Assembly: GCA_017484225.1 (NCBI GenBank)
Contig: JAFUTN010000034.1
Coordinates: forward strand, 17,844 to 81,843
Source: Alphaproteobacteria bacterium
GTDB taxonomy: Bacteria > Pseudomonadota > Alphaproteobacteria > RF32 > CAG-239
DNA: 64,000 nucleotides
Direction of reading: 5' to 3'
The notes beneath the pieces were generated by a model. That model saw only the letters and a program-made list of their open reading frames with translations, was not told the DNA's origin and did not search any database. The position numbers were made by a program, and so were the translations under genes. Numbering within the stretch: position 1 is the first letter of the stretch; each line of letters begins with the position of its first letter. Below are positions 1-7,742 of this stretch, piece by piece.

Positions 1-855
1 GGTAATTTGCTTGCACTTGTTACCATCATAATCCGCCACAAAAATGTAGTAAGGGAATCCGTCCTGATTAAAGTGAAATTCTTTGATTATGCGACCATTA
101 CCGTCACGTTCATACTTCACATGAAAATAGTCATTTAAATGTGCGGGGCTGTAATACATATATTCATCAGTATCATATATGTATTTTTCCTCTACACGGC
201 TGTTCATGTATTGTATAAAATCCGTTTTGTTCTGGAAAAACATTAAGCGCCCCGTGTTGTCAAACACATAGTTGTCATCACGTTCACGCTGCCATATTAC
301 TTTGTCTTTTTCGTCATAGCAAACCATCTGCTCCAAAACCGGATTATCTTCCGTGCCGCCCCAAATTTCTTTAAGTTCACCAACGCAAGCATATTGCGGA
401 CGATAGGAACCGAAAAATACTCCGTCATCAAAACATTCCGGACCGCAGGCAGAATTTACCCAACCTACACAATCGTATTGCAACTCATTCGCTTCGCTGT
501 TACGAATATTATAAATAGCGAACATACCGTCCGCATTGCACTTATTTTCTCTTATCTCAAAGCTTTTATTATAAAAACGAGTCTGGTCCTGCAACGGAAA
601 TAATGATTGCCCGAAAAAAGGATTAAACTTTCCGCCGGTATAAACCTTTGGCGGCAATTTTTTTACCTTAGACATTTTACCTAAATAAGGAGGCAATTTT
701 TTGCGAATACGTGCAAGTTCTGCTTCTGTCGTATCCGGTTTTGCAATATTATATTCACTAAGCTGATTTTTTTCTGCCGGAGCTTGCAAAATCTGGGCTT
801 TTGCAAAAGCAGATACAGACAACAACAAACCTAGAAATAAAAACGATTTTTGCAT
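1..855 (-). CDS. hypothetical secreted protein (first 285 codons; C-terminus lies beyond window start)
   Basis: Absent from the ORF track because there is no stop in the window. Manual minus-strand translation from the ATG at 853-855 (GGAG 6 nt upstream) gives MQKSFLFLGLLLSVSAFAKAQ..., which looks like a signal peptide, and I saw no stop down to position 1. It lies directly downstream of adk on the same strand. Confidence 0.55.
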   Translation of the reverse strand, partial: MQKSFLFLGLLLSVSAFAKAQILQAPAEKNQLSEYNIAKPDTTEAELARIRKKLPPYLGKMSKVKKLPPKVYTGGKFNPFFGQSLFPLQDQTRFYNKSFEIRENKCNADGMFAIYNIRNSEANELQYDCVGWVNSACGPECFDDGVFFGSYRPQYACVGELKEIWGGTEDNPVLEQMVCYDEKDKVIWQRERDDNYVFDNTGRLMFFQNKTDFIQYMNSRVEEKYIYDTDEYMYYSPAHLNDYFHVKYERDGNGRIIKEFHFNQDGFPYYIFVADYDGNKCKQIT

Positions 856-880
856 TTTGCACTCCTTTTGTTGAAGACGT

Positions 881-1555
881 TTATTCTATCCCGAGTATGC
901 TGTCAATTTTTTTGCTGACAGCCTCAATGGTTCCGGTTCCGTCAACAGTTTTCAGTAACCCTCTGCTTTCAAAAAACGGAATAGTCGGATATGTGAGCAA
1001 ACGATAATTTACCAGACGATTTTGCACTGTGGCGCGATTGTCATCTTTGCGACGAGAAAATTCGGTTCCGCCGCACTCATCACAAACTCCGTAAATTTTT
1101 GGTTTCTGAAACTTATCATGATATCCGGCACCGCATTTCATGCAAGAATAGCGCCCCAAAATACGTTCCATGATAATTTCATCCGGAACTTGAATTTCCA
1201 AAACACAATTCAGTTTAATATTTTTTTCGGCCAGCATACTTTCCAAAATTTCGGCTTGCGGCATAGTGCGCGGAAAACCGTCCAAAATGAATCCGCGTTT
1301 GCAGTCATCTTGCGAAATACGATTTTTCACCATTTCAATAATCATCTCATCAGTTGCAAATTCCCCGCGATCCAATGCTGCTTTCAGTTCGCGCCCCAGC
1401 GGCGTATCTTTGGCGGCATATTCACGAAGCATTTCACCGGTGGAAAGATGGCAGATATGAGTTTTTTCTTTTAAAATTCGGGCCTGCGTTCCCTTACCGC
1501 AGCCGGGAGCTCCGGTAAAAACAACAAACAGGCCGTTTTCATTTAACTTTACCAT
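881..1555 (-). CDS. adk: adenylate kinase
   Basis: P-loop GAPGCGKGT. The LID has a CxxC...CxxC zinc knuckle (CMKCG, CDECG). Length is 224 aa and the gene sits immediately downstream of secY. Confidence 0.95.
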   Translation of the reverse strand: MVKLNENGLFVVFTGAPGCGKGTQARILKEKTHICHLSTGEMLREYAAKDTPLGRELKAALDRGEFATDEMIIEMVKNRISQDDCKRGFILDGFPRTMPQAEILESMLAEKNIKLNCVLEIQVPDEIIMERILGRYSCMKCGAGYHDKFQKPKIYGVCDECGGTEFSRRKDDNRATVQNRLVNYRLLTYPTIPFFESRGLLKTVDGTGTIEAVSKKIDSILGIE

Positions 1556-1556
1556 T

Positions 1557-2900
1557 TTATTTCTTTTTGATTAATGCGGCTTTTTTGAGCAAACCTTCAT
1601 ATTGATAAGCAATCAGGTGAGACTGAATTTGTCCGACAAAGTCCATTGTCACCTGAACCACGATTAACAGAGTTGTTCCGCCCAATACAAACGGCACGCC
1701 GACTTTGCTGATTAATATTTCCGGCAAAATACATAAGCATACCAAGTAAACAGAGGCAACCAATGTTAAGCGAGTGATTACATAATCCAAATAATCTGCA
1801 GTATTTTTACCCGGGCGAATACCGGCAATAAATCCGCCGTGCTTTTTCAAATTATCAGCTGTTTCGGTAGGGTTAAACACAACTGAAGTATAGAAAAACG
1901 TGAAGAACACAATCAGCAAAGCATATAATGCCAAATACAAAGGCTGACCGTGTCCCAAAAGCTGACTCAATGTCTGAACCCAAGCCGGTCCCTTTTCGGC
2001 CGACAAATTTGCGATTGTTATCGGCAACAACAACAAAGAGCTGGCAAAAATCGGAGGAATTACACCGGTCGGGTTAATCTTAAGCGGTAAGTGAGAACTT
2101 TCGGCCGACATCATACGCATACCCATTTGACGCTTCGGATATTGAATAATGATTTTTCTTTGAGCTCTTTCAACAAACACAATAACATAAATCAAAGCCA
2201 AAGCCATAATGAGCAGCATTGCGATAGTAAATACCGACATTTGTCCGGCTCTGCCCAACTCAAAGGTCTGAGCCAAAGCATTAGGAATATTGGCAATAAT
2301 ACCCACGGTAATGATTAAAGAAGAACCGTTACCGACACCGCGTTCGGTAATCTGATCACCGAGCCAAACAATAAACATTGTGCCGCCGACAAGCGAAACA
2401 ATAGTGGCAAAACGGAAAGCAAAACTGTCTATCATCACGGCAGATGCACCGTTTGCACCGGAAACGCTCTCCAAGCCGACTGCAATACCGTAACCCTGAA
2501 TAATGGTGATGAATACGGTTAAAATTTTGGTATAGTGAACTATTTTTCTGTGACCGGCTTCACCTTCTTTTTTGAGTGCCATTAATGACGGAATAACCGA
2601 TTGTCCGAGCTGAATGATAATTGATGCCGAAATGTAAGGCATGATATTAAGGGCAAAGATAGTCATACGTTCCAACGCACCGCCCGAAAACATATTAAAC
2701 ATCCCCAAAATACCGCCTTGATTGCGGTTGAACATATCCGCCAAAACCTGAGGATTAATTCCCGGAAGCGGAATATATGTTCCCAAACGAAATACAATCA
2801 GTGCCAAGATTGTAAACCATAATCTTTTTTTGAGTTCTTCAGCTTTGCTAAAGGCCGACATATCCATATTTGCCGCCATTCTATCTGCCAATGATACCAT
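1557..2900 (-). CDS. secY: preprotein translocase subunit SecY
   Basis: 447-aa polytopic membrane protein with typical SecY blocks (GINPQV, GGALERMTIFALNIMPYISASII, FIVWLGDQITERGVGNGSSLII). Confidence 0.95.
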   Translation of the reverse strand: MVSLADRMAANMDMSAFSKAEELKKRLWFTILALIVFRLGTYIPLPGINPQVLADMFNRNQGGILGMFNMFSGGALERMTIFALNIMPYISASIIIQLGQSVIPSLMALKKEGEAGHRKIVHYTKILTVFITIIQGYGIAVGLESVSGANGASAVMIDSFAFRFATIVSLVGGTMFIVWLGDQITERGVGNGSSLIITVGIIANIPNALAQTFELGRAGQMSVFTIAMLLIMALALIYVIVFVERAQRKIIIQYPKRQMGMRMMSAESSHLPLKINPTGVIPPIFASSLLLLPITIANLSAEKGPAWVQTLSQLLGHGQPLYLALYALLIVFFTFFYTSVVFNPTETADNLKKHGGFIAGIRPGKNTADYLDYVITRLTLVASVYLVCLCILPEILISKVGVPFVLGGTTLLIVVQVTMDFVGQIQSHLIAYQYEGLLKKAALIKKK

Positions 2901-3031
2901 TTTTTATTTCCTTAAATTAAATTTCCATACAAACTAATCAGGCTATTTGCAGCCCGTTGATATACTTTATTACACAAATTTAATTTTTTATGCAACAAAA
3001 TTATACTTATCCGCAGGATTTATGCACATAT

Positions 3032-4261
3032 TTATAAGGAGGTTTTTGCCATATTTATCATTTCATCTCGGCTAAGCGAAAAATTGCTTTCCACCCACTT
3101 TCGTTCCAGCTTCGCCAAAATATTTCCTATTTTTTTGCTTTTCGGACTTACACCCAGTTCAACAATATCTCTTCCGCGCACCGGAAAAACCGGAATAACA
3201 GTGCTTTCTATTTCGGCCAGAATTTGCGGAAGATTAATCGGCTTTAATTTTTTTATTGCACAGCTGATTAAGATTTTATCAATACAAAACTGCTTTCCGT
3301 AGCGATATATGTATTTTTTGCGCTCGTCGGCAGTTACAATATTGTCAAAATTCATTTCTATTTTAGCCCAGCTGACAAAAGCCTCCTTTTGTTTTTTGGT
3401 GAAACGAAGATTGTCGGCAATATTTTCCGCCGTAGACACATTCGGCTGATACATTACGAACAAGCGGCGCAAAAAATTTCCGCGATAATTGATGTCACTT
3501 ATGATATCGGAAAGATTTTTCAGGGCGGCAAAATTTTTCGGTTTAGGTAAAAAATAATCCAAAATTTCGTTGTCAAACAACAATTTTACAACTCGTGCCG
3601 CATTGGGAACAACTAAAATTTTGAACAATTCATCACGAACTTGTTCTATAGGTTCGCTGCGAAGTCCGGATTTTAATTTAATACAAGCCTGCAATGATTT
3701 TGTATCGGCATCACCTTTTCCGAAAATGCCGTAAAAACGAAAAAAGCGCATAATACGCAAATAATCTTCTTTAATTCTGTCTTCCGGATTGCCGATGAAG
3801 CGGACAATTCCTTTTTCCAAATCGCTTATACCGTTGTAATAATCAAAAACATTTCCTTTTAAATCGGCATACACGGCATTGATGGTCAAGTCACGTCTGG
3901 AAGCATCCACACTCCAATCATCACTGAACATAACTTCTTTTTTACCGCTTTCATCAACCACATTTTTTCGTAAAGTTGCGATTTTTAAGATTTGATCGTT
4001 CAGCACAACACCTATTGTGTCCAGTTTTAATCCGAGCGGAGCGGTTTTTAAACCGCTTTCCTGACAAGCTTCCACCAGTTCGTCCGGAGACAAATCCGTT
4101 ACCAAGTCCGGCGTAGAACCGGATATTCCGGCCAGCGCATCTCTGACGGCACCGCCGACAAAGCGCAATGTTCCTCCATGGTCATCAACAGCACGAAAAA
4201 TCCACAAAATATGTTCATCTCTAACTATTTTTGACATATCCAAATATTCTGCGCGCATCAT
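3032..4261 (-). CDS. cca: CCA tRNA nucleotidyltransferase / poly(A) polymerase family protein
   Basis: N-terminal nucleotidyltransferase motifs (FVGGAVRDALAG, DLVTD, RRDLTINA) of the PcnB/CCA family. 409 aa. Confidence 0.75.
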   Translation of the reverse strand: MMRAEYLDMSKIVRDEHILWIFRAVDDHGGTLRFVGGAVRDALAGISGSTPDLVTDLSPDELVEACQESGLKTAPLGLKLDTIGVVLNDQILKIATLRKNVVDESGKKEVMFSDDWSVDASRRDLTINAVYADLKGNVFDYYNGISDLEKGIVRFIGNPEDRIKEDYLRIMRFFRFYGIFGKGDADTKSLQACIKLKSGLRSEPIEQVRDELFKILVVPNAARVVKLLFDNEILDYFLPKPKNFAALKNLSDIISDINYRGNFLRRLFVMYQPNVSTAENIADNLRFTKKQKEAFVSWAKIEMNFDNIVTADERKKYIYRYGKQFCIDKILISCAIKKLKPINLPQILAEIESTVIPVFPVRGRDIVELGVSPKSKKIGNILAKLERKWVESNFSLSRDEMINMAKTSL

Positions 4262-4322
4262 TTGTATGTATCCTTTAGTTAATTTTTACATTTTGTTAAC
4301 TGTTTATATATAATTTTTATGT

Positions 4323-4871
4323 ATGATAAGTCAAACGAAAATGCAAAAAGGTATAACAAAGATGAAAAAATATTTACTAATTCTTTTGAGCTTAACGATT
4401 TCATGCGTTGCAAATGCCGCCGAAACACCGAAAATGCTTGGTGAATACGGAGATTGGACGGCGTGGACTTTTAATGACCGCGGCAATACTATTTGTTATA
4501 TGTCATCAACTCCGAAAAAAGACGAGGGAAAATACACCAAACGCGGTGATATATACGTGAGTGTAACTCATCGTCCGGCCGAAAAATCGTATGATGAAGT
4601 CAGCTTTGAAATCGGATATCCGTTTAAAACTTCTGCTCCGTTTGTCATCAAAATAGGAAACCAAACTTTTGATAAAACCTTTACCGAAGGTGATAAGGCG
4701 TGGACTGTTAATGCTGATGAAGATAAAAAGCTTATTACGGCCATGAAGCGCGGTGACAGAATGATTGTTAACGGTGTGTCAAGCCGCGGTACCGGCACTA
4801 AAGATACATATTCTTTAAAAGGTTTCAGCAGTGCGTATCAGGCGATTTCGGCTAAGTGTAAGAAAAAATAG
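4323..4871 (+). CDS. invasion-associated locus B (IalB)-like periplasmic protein
   Basis: Signal peptide MKKYLLILLSLTISCVANA, so the true start is probably the ATG at 4362. The GDW..W / C...C pattern and size are typical of the alphaproteobacterial IalB family. Confidence 0.65.
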   Translation: MISQTKMQKGITKMKKYLLILLSLTISCVANAAETPKMLGEYGDWTAWTFNDRGNTICYMSSTPKKDEGKYTKRGDIYVSVTHRPAEKSYDEVSFEIGYPFKTSAPFVIKIGNQTFDKTFTEGDKAWTVNADEDKKLITAMKRGDRMIVNGVSSRGTGTKDTYSLKGFSSAYQAISAKCKKK

Positions 4872-4873
4872 TA

Positions 4874-5935
4874 ATGGTTAAAGAACTTGTCGGTTTAAGC
4901 AAAGAAGAACTGACGGCAGAAATTTCTGCCATCGGCGAAAAACCGTTTCGCGCCAAGCAACTTTGGCAGTGGATATATTTTCACGGCGAAACGGATTTTG
5001 AAAAAATGAGCAATTTTTCCAAAGACTTGCGAAAAAAATTAGCTGAAAATTTTACCATTACCCGTCCTAAAATTGTTGCCGAACAGTTATCTTCCGATAA
5101 AACTCGCAAATGGTTATTGGAATTTGCCGACGGACAAAGAGTTGAAATGGTGTATATTCCGGAAGAAGACCGCGGCGCAGTTTGTATATCAACTCAAGTA
5201 GGATGCGCCGTCGGGTGCAAATTTTGTCATACCGGAAGTCAGAAATTAACAAGAAATCTTACTGCCGGTGAAATTGTCAGTCAATTTATGGTTGCGCGTG
5301 ATACCTATGGAGAATGGCCGAGTCCGACCAATGAAACACGGTATTTATCAAATATTGTGGTTATGGGAATGGGGGAGCCTTTACATAATCCGGAAAACAC
5401 CATTAAAGCTCTTAATATTTTAACCGACGGTGACGGAATTGCAATTTCAAGACGCAGAATAACTATGTCTACTTCCGGTATTGTGCCGCAAATTGAACGT
5501 GTTTTAAAGGCAACAGGCGTTCGTTTGGCTGTTTCATTGCATGCTCCAAACAGTGAGTTGCGCTCCAAAATTATGCCGATTAATAATCGTTATCCGTTAG
5601 ATGAAGTTTTGAAAGCTTGTCAAAATTATCAATCTGAAGACGGCAGCCGATATATTACTTTTGAATATTTGTTACTCAAGGATGTTAACGACTCGGTGGA
5701 TTGCGCACATCAGCTGATTGCTCTGATGAAAAAATACAAATTACGAGCCACTTTTAACTTGATTCCTTTTAATCCGTGGCCGGGGTGTGTTTTTGAACCG
5801 AGTCCGAATGCTCAAGTAAAAAAATTTGCCAAAGAATTGGAAAATGCCGGATTTGCCGCACCGGTCAGAGTTCCGCGCGGACAAGATATTTTGGCGGCTT
5901 GCGGCCAGTTGAAATCCAAACACGAAGAGAAATAA
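4874..5935 (+). CDS. rlmN: 23S rRNA/tRNA (adenine-C2)-methyltransferase, radical SAM
   Basis: Radical-SAM cluster GCAVGCKFCHTG, a conserved N-terminal FRAKQLWQW motif, and a C-terminal ACGQL motif. Confidence 0.93.
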   Translation: MVKELVGLSKEELTAEISAIGEKPFRAKQLWQWIYFHGETDFEKMSNFSKDLRKKLAENFTITRPKIVAEQLSSDKTRKWLLEFADGQRVEMVYIPEEDRGAVCISTQVGCAVGCKFCHTGSQKLTRNLTAGEIVSQFMVARDTYGEWPSPTNETRYLSNIVVMGMGEPLHNPENTIKALNILTDGDGIAISRRRITMSTSGIVPQIERVLKATGVRLAVSLHAPNSELRSKIMPINNRYPLDEVLKACQNYQSEDGSRYITFEYLLLKDVNDSVDCAHQLIALMKKYKLRATFNLIPFNPWPGCVFEPSPNAQVKKFAKELENAGFAAPVRVPRGQDILAACGQLKSKHEEK

Positions 5936-5939
5936 ATTT

Positions 5940-6743
5940 ATGCTGAAAAATTTTTTTGCCGTCTGCCTGCTGATTGTTTTTACCGAAAGTTCTTTAGCCG
6001 CCGGAAACAATTTCAGTCAGTCGTTTTATGATGCGAAACGAATTTTGCAATACAATGTTTTTCATGATCACCGCAAAACTTTGTATTGTGATGCAAACTT
6101 TTCGGTGCATAAAGATATTGAGTTGCCACGTGGATTTTCACTTCCGGATTTAAAAAAGGTGAACTTTAAAGTTTACGACATAACGAAAGAGGAGCTGGCA
6201 CTTAAGGCACGGCGAATGGAATGGGAACACATTGTGCCGGCGCAAAATTTCGGAAAAACATTTCCGGAGTGGTATCAGGGAAGTCCGAAATGCGTATCAA
6301 AAAAAGGTAAACGCTTTAAAGGGCGAAGTTGCGCCGAACAGCAAAACGAAGAATTTCGCTATATGTTCACTGATATGTATAATCTTTATCCTTCAATTGG
6401 AGCCGTAAATTATTTGCGGGCAAATTTTAATTTTACGCAGTTCGGAAAAAAAGAAAATGTTCCCAGCTCTTTCGGCGGCTGCAATCTGAAAATATCGCGG
6501 AATTTGGTTGAACCGCGTGACGAAATCAAAGGACTGATTGCCCGCACTTATTTGTATATGGAAAAAACATATCCGCGTTTTTCCGTCAGCGCCAAAATGC
6601 GCCCGATAATTGAAACTTGGGATCGGCATTATCCGGTCAGTCGTTGGGAATGCAAACGTGCTTTTCGTATTGAACAAATTCAGGGCAATGAAAACATGGT
6701 GGTAAAAGAACCGTGTTTGGCAAAAAATTGGTATAAAGATTAA
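5940..6743 (+). CDS. secreted endonuclease I family DNase
   Basis: Signal peptide plus the YCDANF and EWEHIVPAQNFG blocks characteristic of the EndA/Vvn endonuclease I family. Confidence 0.8.
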   Translation: MLKNFFAVCLLIVFTESSLAAGNNFSQSFYDAKRILQYNVFHDHRKTLYCDANFSVHKDIELPRGFSLPDLKKVNFKVYDITKEELALKARRMEWEHIVPAQNFGKTFPEWYQGSPKCVSKKGKRFKGRSCAEQQNEEFRYMFTDMYNLYPSIGAVNYLRANFNFTQFGKKENVPSSFGGCNLKISRNLVEPRDEIKGLIARTYLYMEKTYPRFSVSAKMRPIIETWDRHYPVSRWECKRAFRIEQIQGNENMVVKEPCLAKNWYKD

Positions 6744-6755
6744 AGGAGAAAAAAA

Positions 6756-7277
6756 GTGTATGAAAACATAAAAAATCATATCCGCAACGTGCCGGATTTT
6801 CCCAAAAAAGGAATTTTGTTCAAGGATATTACACCGGCTCTTGAAAATGCCGAAATATTTGCCGAAATAATCAATGCCCTTTACGAGCTGTTAAAAGACA
6901 AAAAAATTGATAAAATAGCCTCTATTGATGCCAGAGGATATTTGTTTGGTGCTCCGCTGGCCTATAAACTCGGCTGCGGATTGGTTTTGGTGCGCAAAGC
7001 GGGAAAGTTGCCGGCAGAAACTTTGAGTGAAACTTATGATTTGGAATACGGAAAAGCAATTATAGAAGTTCATAAAGATGCCGTTAACAAAGGCGAAAAA
7101 GTTTTGATTGTTGACGATTTATTGGCAACCGGCGGAACAACGAAAGCAGCTTGCCGATTATTGCAAAAATTGGGCGCGGATATTGTTGCTAATGTATTTT
7201 TGATTGAACTGAGCGACTTGGGCGGACGAAAAGTTTTAGAAGAATTTGCCCCGACAATCTCGTTGCTGCAATATTAA
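6756..7277 (+). CDS. apt: adenine phosphoribosyltransferase
   Basis: PRPP-binding motif VLIVDDLLATGGT, an FPKKGILFKDITP N-terminus, 173 aa. Confidence 0.93.
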   Translation: MYENIKNHIRNVPDFPKKGILFKDITPALENAEIFAEIINALYELLKDKKIDKIASIDARGYLFGAPLAYKLGCGLVLVRKAGKLPAETLSETYDLEYGKAIIEVHKDAVNKGEKVLIVDDLLATGGTTKAACRLLQKLGADIVANVFLIELSDLGGRKVLEEFAPTISLLQY

Positions 7278-7411
7278 AATAACCTTAAAAAACCTGAACC
7301 GTGTTTGCGAAGAACACGGCTCAAGCGAAAGGAATTGAGTGCATGGGTACGATATGCACTCAAAGTATGACTTTATTGTTGTTTATTTTCCGGATTGGTT
7401 TCAACAACAAT

Positions 7412-7645
7412 AAAAAGAGACCGCTGACAGGCGGTCGGGAAAGTTCCAAAATCATACACAGTAATGACTCTTTCGGTCTTTAAGCAGAGCTCTGGACATA
7501 CACCGAAAGCTCCCCGACCATTAGTCAGAGATTTTCCGTCCGCATACAGACGGGGAGGAAGATGAATAACCATCTTTTCACTGTGTAAAGGCTTTGGAAA
7601 GCCCCAAGCTTTATCAGCTTTTAACATGAAATAAATTTCATGCCT
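7412..7645 (-). ncRNA. candidate structured small RNA of unknown family (about 230 nt)
   Basis: Minus-strand promoter-like TTGCAT (7674-7679), 16-nt spacer, TATATT (7652-7657). At least six hairpins follow, and a long-range pairing TACACAGT/ACTGTGTA nests around GTCGGGGA...TCCCGAC. The element ends in a strong intrinsic terminator, GACCGC-CTGTCA-GCGGTC followed by TCTTTTT (7412-7436). The overlapping 84-aa ORF has no SD and runs through the terminator. Confidence 0.4.
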
Positions 7646-7742
7646 GACGACAATATATCAGAAAAAAATTTAAATGCAATACTATTTTTAATGGTTTTTA
7701 TATTTTATGGAATAATTTTAATTGAAAAACGATTTTTCCCTC

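Noticed and set aside
7373-7627. 84-aa minus-strand ORF in the polA-apt spacer
   Set aside because: It has no SD sequence, it runs straight through a strong intrinsic terminator, and the region is better explained as structured RNA.
7290-7645. Possible RNase P RNA, SRP RNA or second tmRNA in the polA-apt spacer
   Set aside because: The conserved cores are absent: GAGGAAAGTCC and ACAGAA.CCGGCTTA for RNase P, GGAAGGAAGCAGC-type helix 8 for SRP, and a CCA-terminated tRNA-like end for tmRNA. It is kept only as an RNA of unknown family.
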